Of a DNA stretch of 64,000 bases, positions 48,324 through 55,965 are shown in pieces; the stretch's first letter is position 1, and each line of letters opens with the position of its first letter. The position numbers and the translations under genes are program-made. A model generated the notes under the pieces. It was not told the DNA's origin. It was given only the letters and a program-made list of their open reading frames with translations, and did no database searches. The stretch lies in the sequence record OQ708376.1; one strand, 5' to 3'.

Positions 48324-48743
48324 ATGTTAAATGAACGTATTAAAAATGCACTACATGTATTGAATCAAGAAGTCAATTCTATTCATAAAAGTACTGACCG
48401 TTATAAAGTAATGCATGAAATCAAACAAGAATTGGAATCTATTAATAAGGGAGAGTGGTGGTATCTTCAGCCCGAATATCAAACTCGTGAATTAAACGAT
48501 GTTGAAAAAGAAATTGTCAAATTCATCACTACTCGTTATTGTGATACATCAGAGAATGATGTATCAGCGAACTTCAATCTTACTAAATTGGAAGTCGAAG
48601 AAAAATTCCATTTTGATTGGCTTGATTGGATTGAAATGGTAATGGAACTAGAAGAAAAATTCAATGTTGAAGTTGATGAAAAGTTCGAGAATAATGAAAC
48701 TAAGCTGTATGAACTAGTAGAACATATTCAAAAAATGTTGTAA
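48324..48743 (+). CDS. acyl carrier protein-like protein lacking the phosphopantetheine serine
   Basis: FDWLDWIEMVMELEEKFNVEV aligns with ACP DSLDxVELVMALEEEFxxEI; Ser is Trp (TGG 48618-48620). Confidence 0.75.
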   Translation: MLNERIKNALHVLNQEVNSIHKSTDRYKVMHEIKQELESINKGEWWYLQPEYQTRELNDVEKEIVKFITTRYCDTSENDVSANFNLTKLEVEEKFHFDWLDWIEMVMELEEKFNVEVDEKFENNETKLYELVEHIQKML

Positions 48744-48796
48744 AACTATACAATTGTATACTCTAAATAATATCATCAACTATAGGAGATATTATT

Positions 48797-49171
48797 ATGA
48801 GTATGTTAGAAATAATTGTTTCAAAAATTCTTATTCCATTTTGGAAACCAATTTCTTTTGTATTATTAATTGGCGGTTCAGCTTATGCTGGTTGGGAAGC
48901 TAATACTTATTACAGTGGATATCAACAAAGCATAGAGCAACAAATAGCTAAAAAAGTTGATACCGCCTTGGATAAAATGCAACAAGAAAATGCAAAAAAT
49001 TACCTTGAAACTAAAAAAATCATGGAAGATAATGCTAAAGTTATTGAAACAAAGGTTCCTTTTATTGTAGAACGTGAAGTTTATAAGAATGTATGTTTAG
49101 ATGAAGATGGTGTAAAAGTACTGAATGAACTAAAACAAAATTCTCAAGCTGCGAGGAATAAATTCAAATGA
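48797..49171 (+). CDS. i-spanin (Rz-like)
   Basis: N-terminal TM helix, coiled coil, C-terminal VYKNVCLDEDG; overlaps a lipoprotein gene. Confidence 0.8.
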   Translation: MSMLEIIVSKILIPFWKPISFVLLIGGSAYAGWEANTYYSGYQQSIEQQIAKKVDTALDKMQQENAKNYLETKKIMEDNAKVIETKVPFIVEREVYKNVCLDEDGVKVLNELKQNSQAARNKFK

Positions 49172-49476
49172 AAAAATTATTAGTTCCGTTTATTTCTTTT
49201 TTAATTATAAGTGGATGTGCAGAACAAGTAAAACTACAATCCCCTACACCAATTAAACAAGAAATTCTGTTAGAAAGATGTGATGATGATACACCTCTAC
49301 CACAAAAAATTATGATTGACAAAAATGGTTTTAAAGGTTATGATGGTGCAGAAATTCTTAAAGTACTTACTCGTTGGGATGCAGTATACAACGAATGTGC
49401 TTTAAAACATGATGCATTAATTAAAACTATTCGTGATTTACAAGGTAAAGATATTAAAATCAATATCAAGGAATAA
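49168..49476 (+). CDS. o-spanin lipoprotein (Rz1-like)
   Basis: Lipobox ISG-C; later C residues and YNECALKH; ATGA overlap. Confidence 0.8.
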   Translation: MKKLLVPFISFLIISGCAEQVKLQSPTPIKQEILLERCDDDTPLPQKIMIDKNGFKGYDGAEILKVLTRWDAVYNECALKHDALIKTIRDLQGKDIKINIKE

Positions 49477-49477
49477 A

Positions 49478-50089
49478 ATGAACAAATATCATGTTTACTA
49501 TACGACCAAATTATCACTTCTTGACGAATTAAATCAACGAAGTACTAAGATGAAACGCTACACTTTAAATGGTATTACTTTTCGATATTTCCCACAAAAA
49601 GTTCTTACATTTATTAAGAATCCAAAATGCGTGGCATGTGGGATTGAAGCTACTGAAGTACGCATTGAACGTTCATTATGTTCTGATCCAGTATATGGTA
49701 AACCACATTTAAATGTATATGCTGTATGTGGTCTTTATGAAGTTTTAATGACAGTTGACCATAATCATCTGGCATCTAAGGGTGGACCTGATTTAGAGTC
49801 AAACTTTAATACTATGTGCTCCAGATGTAATCAACTACGTTCGAATAAAACTGAAACAGTTGATGAGTTTCTTGAGAAAGTTAAAGGTCGTAATCTTCTC
49901 CAAGAACATATGAATAATTTCTTTAATGTACAAAAAAAGAAAAATAACATTGACAAGTCGAAACTACTAGAAGAACGTAGGTTACGTCAAGAATTATGGG
50001 AAACTGATCATCTATGGCATGTTCGAGAGTTTGGTCGTCATATGAAAGCATTGAAAAAAGAACAGAAGAAATTGAATAAACATGATTGA
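49478..50089 (+). CDS. HNH endonuclease
   Basis: CVACG...TVDHNHLASKGG...N...MCSRCN; AAGGA upstream of ATG 49478. Confidence 0.85.
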   Translation: MNKYHVYYTTKLSLLDELNQRSTKMKRYTLNGITFRYFPQKVLTFIKNPKCVACGIEATEVRIERSLCSDPVYGKPHLNVYAVCGLYEVLMTVDHNHLASKGGPDLESNFNTMCSRCNQLRSNKTETVDEFLEKVKGRNLLQEHMNNFFNVQKKKNNIDKSKLLEERRLRQELWETDHLWHVREFGRHMKALKKEQKKLNKHD

Positions 50090-50100
50090 TATGATATTAT
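50072..50100 (+). promoter_or_regulatory. sigma70-type promoter immediately before a terminator
   Basis: TTGAAT-N17-TATTAT with extended TG. Confidence 0.5.
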
Positions 50101-50130
50101 AGGGACTTGAGTATTCAAGTCCTTTTTTTT
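50101..50130 (+). terminator. intrinsic terminator
   Basis: AGGGACTTGA-gtat-TCAAGTCCT-TTTTTTT. Confidence 0.85.
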
Positions 50131-50142
50131 TGGAGAAAATAT

Positions 50143-50415
50143 ATGAAAACAAAATTATTTCCACAACAAATAATGATTGAACTGTGCGAACATCAGTCTG
50201 GTGAAGTTGTTACAATCAGTGGTGATACGTATTCCATCATTTTAAATGAACAACAATTTGATCATACAAACCATACGAATGAACTGTATAATCTTATGTT
50301 TATGGACGATAAGAGTGAAAAATACTATCATTGTACATATGAACGATGTATAGATACAACACCATTTTGTAATGAAATGGTTGGTGTTAAATGTTATGAA
50401 TGTGAAGTGTTATGA
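50143..50415 (+). CDS. hypothetical protein, duplicate copy 1
   Basis: MKTKLFPQQIMIELCEH...KYYHCTYER; GGAG upstream of ATG 50143. Confidence 0.7.
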   Translation: MKTKLFPQQIMIELCEHQSGEVVTISGDTYSIILNEQQFDHTNHTNELYNLMFMDDKSEKYYHCTYERCIDTTPFCNEMVGVKCYECEVL

Positions 50416-50435
50416 AGTTTTTTAGGTAAAAATAT

Positions 50436-50792
50436 ATGAAAACAAAAATCTTTCTACCACAAACCATGATGGAACTGTGTGAACATGATGCAGGGGATGT
50501 TGTCACTATTAGTGGTTCCTGGAATGAGAGTACTGAAGACTTTATGCCAGATGAGGTATATTCTGTTGTTTTAAATGAACAGTACAATACAAGCCGTTGG
50601 AATGCACAGTACAATCTAGTTTTTCTTGACAATAACAATGAAAAGTACTATCATTGTACGTATGAACGAGGTCTGACAGAACGTAACTACACAACTCCTT
50701 TCTGTGATGAAATGGATGGTGTAAAGTGCTATGAAGTTTATGTTCGTCAGGTTCCAGTTGTTACTTACAAAACCGAGTGGGATTATCTGTAA
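50436..50792 (+). CDS. hypothetical protein, duplicate copy 2
   Basis: MKTKIFLPQTMMELCEH...KYYHCTYER. Confidence 0.75.
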   Translation: MKTKIFLPQTMMELCEHDAGDVVTISGSWNESTEDFMPDEVYSVVLNEQYNTSRWNAQYNLVFLDNNNEKYYHCTYERGLTERNYTTPFCDEMDGVKCYEVYVRQVPVVTYKTEWDYL

Positions 50793-51190
50793 TGCTTAAA
50801 GATTTAGATTTTTCAAATTTAGAGATCATCAGTGCAGTGAAGAATATTACTGATATGGATGATGAAAAAGGTGTAATGGTAACTATCACTTTCGTAAAGG
50901 AAGAGGATAGCTATAAGCATCTTACTGGAATTGAAGAACTAATTCATAAAACCAATCTTGAGAATGATGGTAAACTCATCAAGCTTCAGGCTTCATATAC
51001 GCAAAAAACGTCAAATTTTATAGACCTAAATAATGTAGTCAAGGTGGTATACAATCATCCTGATCACACATATAGGAACACGACAAGAAATGAAAATGTT
51101 GCTAACGATTCGAATATTATCGAAGATGTTGAATTCATAAACACAATTTTTGATCGTTGTTCTAAGGATTTAAAAAAAGTATACATGTAA
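50792..51190 (+). CDS. hypothetical protein
   Basis: TAATG overlap at 50792. Confidence 0.7.
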   Translation: MLKDLDFSNLEIISAVKNITDMDDEKGVMVTITFVKEEDSYKHLTGIEELIHKTNLENDGKLIKLQASYTQKTSNFIDLNNVVKVVYNHPDHTYRNTTRNENVANDSNIIEDVEFINTIFDRCSKDLKKVYM

Positions 51191-51191
51191 T

Positions 51192-51219
51192 GGGACATTA
51201 TATGTTCCAATGATATAAT
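51192..51219 (+). promoter_or_regulatory. promoter, GGGACA-N16-TATAAT class
   Basis: GGGACA 51192-51197, TGA+TATAAT 51214-51219. Confidence 0.7.
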
Positions 51220-51293
51220 GTATATAGAAAATGACAACGGACATTGAAAAATGGACACTGAGAACCTACTTCTCTTGAAAATGTAAAGGATAG

Positions 51294-51410
51294 ATGAGCT
51301 TTACCGTTGTAGCGAACAGCAGAAGAAACCTGTTAGAGTACTGGCATTTAAACAAACACGATGTAAGACCACGAATCACGGCGACACGGCTGTATAAAGA
51401 ACTCCGATAA
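51294..51410 (+). CDS. candidate micro-ORF (38 aa)
   Basis: MSFTVVANSRRNLLEYWHLNKHDVRPRITATRLYKELR; AAGGA 3 nt upstream. Confidence 0.3.
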   Translation: MSFTVVANSRRNLLEYWHLNKHDVRPRITATRLYKELR

Positions 51411-51433
51411 GCATACAGAGAGTTCCTAGATAG

Positions 51434-51598
51434 ATGTATAAGGTTCGCACCTTACCAGATTTGCTAAGGGAGTTTAAGAATAGCGGACGCAATTTTACAA
51501 GAAAGTTGCGTCCAAAATTTGAGAACAGGTACTACTTTGATCGAATAGAGTTAGTACTGAGTGCTGTTGATGAAAAGACCAGCGACCGTTGCATATGA
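51434..51598 (+). CDS. candidate micro-ORF (54 aa)
   Basis: MYKVRTLPDLLREFKNSGRNFTRKLRPKFENRYYFDRIELVLSAVDEKTSDRCI. Confidence 0.35.
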   Translation: MYKVRTLPDLLREFKNSGRNFTRKLRPKFENRYYFDRIELVLSAVDEKTSDRCI

Positions 51599-51677
51599 CT
51601 GCGATAGAGAGAAACCGAGCAACCCGCTTTCGCTCTCTAAATTTTGGTACAAGAAAGATCCGTCCAAAATTTGAGAA
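51496..51677 (+). repeat. 30-nt direct repeat, two copies (51496-51525, 51648-51677)
   Basis: TACAAGAAAGTTGCGTCCAAAATTTGAGAA vs TACAAGAAAGATCCGTCCAAAATTTGAGAA, 28/30 identical. Confidence 0.9.
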
Positions 51678-51693
51678 ATTCGCAATTCGATAA
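51595..51693 (+). CDS. candidate micro-ORF (32 aa)
   Basis: MTAIERNRATRFRSLNFGTRKIRPKFEKFAIR; ATGA overlap with the 54 aa ORF. Confidence 0.35.
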   Translation: MTAIERNRATRFRSLNFGTRKIRPKFEKFAIR

Positions 51694-51713
51694 TATCCGA
51701 TGCCATCATCGTC

Positions 51714-51738
51714 AAGAGAGACTTAATTGTCTCTTTTT
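51714..51738 (+). terminator. intrinsic terminator
   Basis: GAGAC-ttaatt-GTCTC-TTTTTT. Confidence 0.7.
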
Positions 51739-51878
51739 TATTATCTTCATTCCCCTGCGGGGGATGTAATAGTCCTCAACAAATCCCGTCAAGTTTTTAA
51801 AGTACATTATCATTTTCAGAAGGAACTAGTTTACGAAGTAAACGCAGTGACTTCTTGAGTTACGAGAGAACGAAGTGA

Positions 51879-52307
51879 ATGAGTAACACAACGAAAATAT
51901 CCGATAAATCTGAATTAACACAAATGTTATTCAAAGAATATTTTGAGTTCCAGATAAAAGACGAACATCAATTACCACAGCAATATTTGAAAAGAATTAA
52001 AGATCCGTCAGTAATTACTAAAGAAACTAATTTTTATAATAGTATTTTAGATTTCGTTAAATCAGTTCATACAACAAGACCTATTGTAGTTTTGTTTTTT
52101 GATAAATCTATTCCTTTAGTAGTTCCTGAAAATGTATTTTTTATCTCAGAAACTGATTTAAATAATCAAAGTACTGTAAGTAGATTAAGAAATTGCTTAC
52201 TTGTAGTATGTGATTCTTCTTTGTATATTAATAGAATACTATGGGATAGAAGTAAACGCAATACAGTTTCGGAAATGAATCCTGAAATTACCTTTATTAT
52301 TAACTAA
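51879..52307 (+). CDS. hypothetical protein
   Basis: 142 aa ORF. Confidence 0.65.
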   Translation: MSNTTKISDKSELTQMLFKEYFEFQIKDEHQLPQQYLKRIKDPSVITKETNFYNSILDFVKSVHTTRPIVVLFFDKSIPLVVPENVFFISETDLNNQSTVSRLRNCLLVVCDSSLYINRILWDRSKRNTVSEMNPEITFIIN

Positions 52308-52339
52308 ATAATAAGAGAATAACTCTAAGGAGAGATATT

Positions 52340-52780
52340 ATGGAAGATATTAATGATTTACGACACGTAATGGACTTTATCGGAAGTACTGAAGAAGATA
52401 ATTCATATGATGAAGTACTATTAACTTTTATTGAAAATAGTTTGTTTTTGAGTTCTGCTGCACATAACTGGCACTTACAATGTCATTTTTATACAAAGCA
52501 TTTACAATTAGATGAACTATATAAAGAATTACCAGAATATGTAGACGCATTTGTTGAAGGTATCATGAATAATCGTGGTGCTTTACAAGTTGGGACTGGT
52601 AATAGTTATCGTTTTACACCAATTGAAGATTGTGTACCAATTCTTGAAGAATATGTTGAGCAATGCAGAGCAATTCATGATATGCTTGAAGAATCGGGTG
52701 ATTACGGCAGTGTAAACACATTAGAAGATATTATGAGTTTTGTTGAAGGCGTACTTTACAAACTTAAAGTTTTACAATAA
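52340..52780 (+). CDS. Dps/ferritin-like protein
   Basis: AHNWH...HLQLDELY...DAFVE ferroxidase-type pattern; AAGGAG upstream. Confidence 0.75.
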   Translation: MEDINDLRHVMDFIGSTEEDNSYDEVLLTFIENSLFLSSAAHNWHLQCHFYTKHLQLDELYKELPEYVDAFVEGIMNNRGALQVGTGNSYRFTPIEDCVPILEEYVEQCRAIHDMLEESGDYGSVNTLEDIMSFVEGVLYKLKVLQ

Positions 52781-52788
52781 ACTATATG

Positions 52789-52817
52789 GAGAGTCGTTAT
52801 GACTCTCCTTTTCTTTT
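52789..52817 (+). terminator. intrinsic terminator
   Basis: GAGAGTC-gttat-GACTCTC then T-rich run. Confidence 0.7.
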
Positions 52818-52827
52818 GGAGAAAATA

Positions 52828-53181
52828 ATGAGCGATTACCGAGTTACAACAGGTCTGATGGCACGATTAGTTGAAGCTGTACCTGAAGATGATTATGAAG
52901 CTATTTCAGATCGTCTATTTGACGCAGATACTAATCTCCATATTACATATGATGGTACACTTGTCTTCAGTACTGATCTTGATGTTCCTGCGTATGAATT
53001 TGAGATTTCTTTTGGTAACAACTTAACCCCTGAAGAATTCGCTAGAAAATGTGAGCGTGAAGGGCTGTGCATTGACGTTAGTTCAGTTCAGCCATATACA
53101 TCTCTGTGGTGTGATAATGCTGATAGCCCAATGTCAATGACATCTTTACAGGATTTTGTAAATGCAAATCAAAAAGATTAA
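52828..53181 (+). CDS. acidic hypothetical protein
   Basis: GGAG upstream of in-frame ATG 52828. Confidence 0.7.
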   Translation: MSDYRVTTGLMARLVEAVPEDDYEAISDRLFDADTNLHITYDGTLVFSTDLDVPAYEFEISFGNNLTPEEFARKCEREGLCIDVSSVQPYTSLWCDNADSPMSMTSLQDFVNANQKD

Positions 53182-53554
53182 ATTCCACCAGCATTGTTCT
53201 ATACATGAATGTGATGATTGTGGTATACAAATGAGTGACATTTATACTGTTTCATGTAAAGGTTTCAAATTCTCTCACGGTGAACCTGCTTATTGTTATG
53301 GTACAGAAGAAGGTGATATCGAAGTAGTACTGAAAGAATTGTTCCAGTACTTGCAAAGTGTAGGTCATGATGTTACAATACCCACATATTATGAAGATGA
53401 TTATGATGCACATGTAGAAGAAAATACATATTATAATCAATTCGTTTATGGTAATGGTTTTATCACATACCTACATGAGAATGGTATTGAGGTAAAAACT
53501 AAGTACACCAGTGATGATTATGATGATGATAATTCTATGGAGATTGAAGATTGA
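53162..53554 (+). CDS. acidic protein with possible zinc site
   Basis: HECDDCG. Confidence 0.7.
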   Translation: MQIKKIKFHQHCSIHECDDCGIQMSDIYTVSCKGFKFSHGEPAYCYGTEEGDIEVVLKELFQYLQSVGHDVTIPTYYEDDYDAHVEENTYYNQFVYGNGFITYLHENGIEVKTKYTSDDYDDDNSMEIED

Positions 53555-54135
53555 AAGCAAAAGACTTGGCAGCACTGTTGATGCAGAATCCTGAAATGGA
53601 AGTGTATCATGAGCACATGCACATTGATGACATGTGTGACGCTTACTATTCACCAGAAAATGTGTCTGGTATTGAAATCACCCCTAGTGGAGTATTCATC
53701 AGTAGTGAACGTATTGATTTCAATTCCCAGCAAGAAATCAAAACTCCACATAATAAACCTCGCATTGGTGCTATTGACCTAGTATTTCATCAGGACCGTT
53801 TGGTGGAATATGATGAAGACGATGGTACTACCCAAACTGATGTTGAGAATGTTGTTTTTCGTTTTTATAATGCATACGAAGACCCAACTACTGGAGAAGA
53901 TTTCTTCCGTGAGCTATTAGAGGATGGAGAAGTTTATGGTCAGGATGGTACGGTTTTTGTACTGGACCCTAACTATGAGCCTGATCACAATACATGGCAA
54001 TTCTATACACCAGAAGATGTAATGGAAGTTAAAGTACTTATGGATATTGACGATAAATGGAATCCTATGTATACTTCAATGACATATGAAGAAGCCAAAG
54101 AATATTTCGTTTCTAAACTAAACATTACAAAATAA
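53551..54135 (+). CDS. acidic hypothetical protein
   Basis: TTGA overlap; MKAKDLAALL start. Confidence 0.75.
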   Translation: MKAKDLAALLMQNPEMEVYHEHMHIDDMCDAYYSPENVSGIEITPSGVFISSERIDFNSQQEIKTPHNKPRIGAIDLVFHQDRLVEYDEDDGTTQTDVENVVFRFYNAYEDPTTGEDFFRELLEDGEVYGQDGTVFVLDPNYEPDHNTWQFYTPEDVMEVKVLMDIDDKWNPMYTSMTYEEAKEYFVSKLNITK

Positions 54136-54152
54136 TAAGGATTCACAAATTT

Positions 54153-54434
54153 ATGAAAATTGTTGCAAGTGCATGGATGAAACTACCAGATGGTACAACT
54201 GCTTTTGAAGAATATGGCTTTGTTGAAAGTGTAGATGAATTAAAGCGTTTCAAAAGTGAAAATGATGATGATGTGTTTGATATTGTATTTGTATATCATC
54301 ATATTCCTAATGATACTGATTATGAACATTATTATTATCATCCTGATTTGTTGGAAACACTTGTATGCGACAACTATCATGAAATTGATGAAAATACAGC
54401 TTTACTAATGTTGAGTACCGTATCTCCGGTATAA
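54153..54434 (+). CDS. hypothetical protein
   Basis: AAGGA upstream. Confidence 0.7.
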   Translation: MKIVASAWMKLPDGTTAFEEYGFVESVDELKRFKSENDDDVFDIVFVYHHIPNDTDYEHYYYHPDLLETLVCDNYHEIDENTALLMLSTVSPV

Positions 54435-54442
54435 GGAGTAAT

Positions 54443-54922
54443 ATGTATAATCTTATAATTATCCGCGAACCATATGAATCTGACAACAGTTCAACTGATG
54501 GTGAGGTTTTAGTATATCAAAGTTATGAACAAAGTGGCATTGAACATGAATTAAAAGATTATTTACGTCAACATATATATCTATATCGTTCAAAACCACA
54601 TGAACAGTATGGCGATATAATGTTTATCGTAACTCATAATGGTGCAGTAATTGAACATGTAAATATGACAAATAACATGTATTTTCATAATTACACTGAC
54701 ACGTCTAAAGAATTAGGAAACGATTTCAATGCTGTTTACAATGCATTGCGTATCAATTTTTTTAAAAATGACAAATTCTGTACTGATATTAGATTAGAAG
54801 AAGCAAATACAAAAAAGAAACTTTCTCGAAAATACGAGAGTGATAGAAAAAAAGAACAAGAGATTCAGCGTTTACACGAATTGATGAAAAAATACCCTAA
54901 TGAGGTACAACATGGCTCTTAG
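54443..54922 (+). CDS. hypothetical protein
   Basis: AAGGAG upstream. Confidence 0.75.
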   Translation: MYNLIIIREPYESDNSSTDGEVLVYQSYEQSGIEHELKDYLRQHIYLYRSKPHEQYGDIMFIVTHNGAVIEHVNMTNNMYFHNYTDTSKELGNDFNAVYNALRINFFKNDKFCTDIRLEEANTKKKLSRKYESDRKKEQEIQRLHELMKKYPNEVQHGS

Positions 54923-55250
54923 AGGTTCAAATCAATATAAATGTATTGCAGAGATCAGGAAGAAAGATGGAACACTTGTAGACCGAACATTAAAGGAAGA
55001 ATATAAAGAACTACGTGATGTGGTGCATAATGATAGTTATGGCGGGATGCGTCGTCAAAAAATTTATGAATATCTAAAGAAAGGTTTAGAAATTCAGGTT
55101 AATGGTCTTCATTGTATTCAAACAAAAAATGATCCTGATATTCTACGTTTGTTGAAAGAAGATAAGATTGAAATGTTTAATGTTCCTATTTCATTCTATG
55201 GTAATAAACTAAAATGTAAGCATACTTTCTTGAGGATTAAAAATGGTTGA
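54912..55250 (+). CDS. hypothetical protein
   Basis: GAGG upstream of in-frame ATG 54912. Confidence 0.7.
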   Translation: MALRGSNQYKCIAEIRKKDGTLVDRTLKEEYKELRDVVHNDSYGGMRRQKIYEYLKKGLEIQVNGLHCIQTKNDPDILRLLKEDKIEMFNVPISFYGNKLKCKHTFLRIKNG

Positions 55251-55467
55251 TTCATTTATGAAAAAAATCTTTAAAAATTTACTATCTGGATTTGAAAAAG
55301 CAGTCCGTCTTATTTTCAGTTCAGTTGTAATGGTTATTACAGTACTGGCATTTTCTCTAGTACTGCATTTTGTACCATTCTGGTTAGTCTTTATTGTACT
55401 TATTGCTCTGCTAGGTGCACATGTTTATTATGTTTACCGTGACGCATTGGATGATGATAACGATTAA
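55243..55467 (+). CDS. small membrane protein
   Basis: Two hydrophobic helices; GAGGA upstream. Confidence 0.7.
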   Translation: MVDSFMKKIFKNLLSGFEKAVRLIFSSVVMVITVLAFSLVLHFVPFWLVFIVLIALLGAHVYYVYRDALDDDND

Positions 55468-55474
55468 ATGTATT

Positions 55475-55500
55475 TGACCTCACTATGTGGGGTCTTTTTT
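55475..55500 (+). terminator. intrinsic terminator
   Basis: GACCTCAC-tat-GTGGGGTC-TTTTTT. Confidence 0.75.
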
Positions 55501-55512
55501 AAGGAAAATTAT

Positions 55513-55965
55513 ATGCTTATAGAAACAGAAACATTTAAGCGTTTTATAGACGTATGTCGTGATACGTGTTTTTGTTTTCTTTCATCACAAGAACAGTTCG
55601 ATGCAATGAGTGATGTGTTAGGATATCGCCGTTCGGTATTGATGAATTTTGATGGTCCTTTGATTGAAGTTCATGATGATGTGTATTCCCTCCAATATGT
55701 ATCAATTAACAATGCGTTCATCTTTATTGCTGACACGTACTCAATTGTAGTTGAGGAACGTGGTAAAGGTATACCAACAACACACTATATTGATTGTCAA
55801 AGAACTGATTGTGTTTATAGTTCTGGACTAATACAAACACCAATTCCATATCCTAGCATTTATATAAACACACTCCATCAAGAAATTATTGAGTACTGTA
55901 ATAGTATTTCTGATACAGATACACAGTATTTTCCTATTGTATTATTGAAAGGAGTTAGAACATGA
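55513..55965 (+). CDS. hypothetical protein
   Basis: AAGGA upstream of in-frame ATG 55513. Confidence 0.7.
   Translation: MLIETETFKRFIDVCRDTCFCFLSSQEQFDAMSDVLGYRRSVLMNFDGPLIEVHDDVYSLQYVSINNAFIFIADTYSIVVEERGKGIPTTHYIDCQRTDCVYSSGLIQTPIPYPSIYINTLHQEIIEYCNSISDTDTQYFPIVLLKGVRT

Larger units (their letters stand above)
51226..51738 (+). ncRNA. candidate ~510 nt structured RNA, or micro-ORF operon
   Basis: No ORF of 60 aa or more; bounded by promoter and terminator; 38-47% GC in the lines counted; several hairpins. Confidence 0.5.

Noticed and set aside
51390-51425. H-type pseudoknot (CTGTAT/ATACAG crossing GAACTC/GAGTTC)
   Set aside because: The third loop would be a single nucleotide spanning a 6-bp stem, which is sterically doubtful. 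Kept only as alternative helices.
51563-51584. TGATGA words as hammerhead ribozyme cores (also CCGATGA near 57587)
   Set aside because: No CUGANGA followed by stem II and GAAA in the required order.
51496-51677. 30-nt direct repeat as a mini CRISPR array
   Set aside because: Only two copies, the 122-nt gap is far longer than a spacer, and there are no cas genes in the window.
49478-51738. HNH nuclease plus structured RNA as an OMEGA/HEARO-like RNA-guided system
   Set aside because: The HNH protein shows no RuvC or PLMP motifs, and a terminator and three genes separate it from the RNA. Linkage is unsupported.
51759-51800. GGGGATGTAATAG resembles a tmRNA 5' end
   Set aside because: No T-arm or CCA acceptor end upstream or downstream, no tag frame, and only ~120 nt before the next gene.
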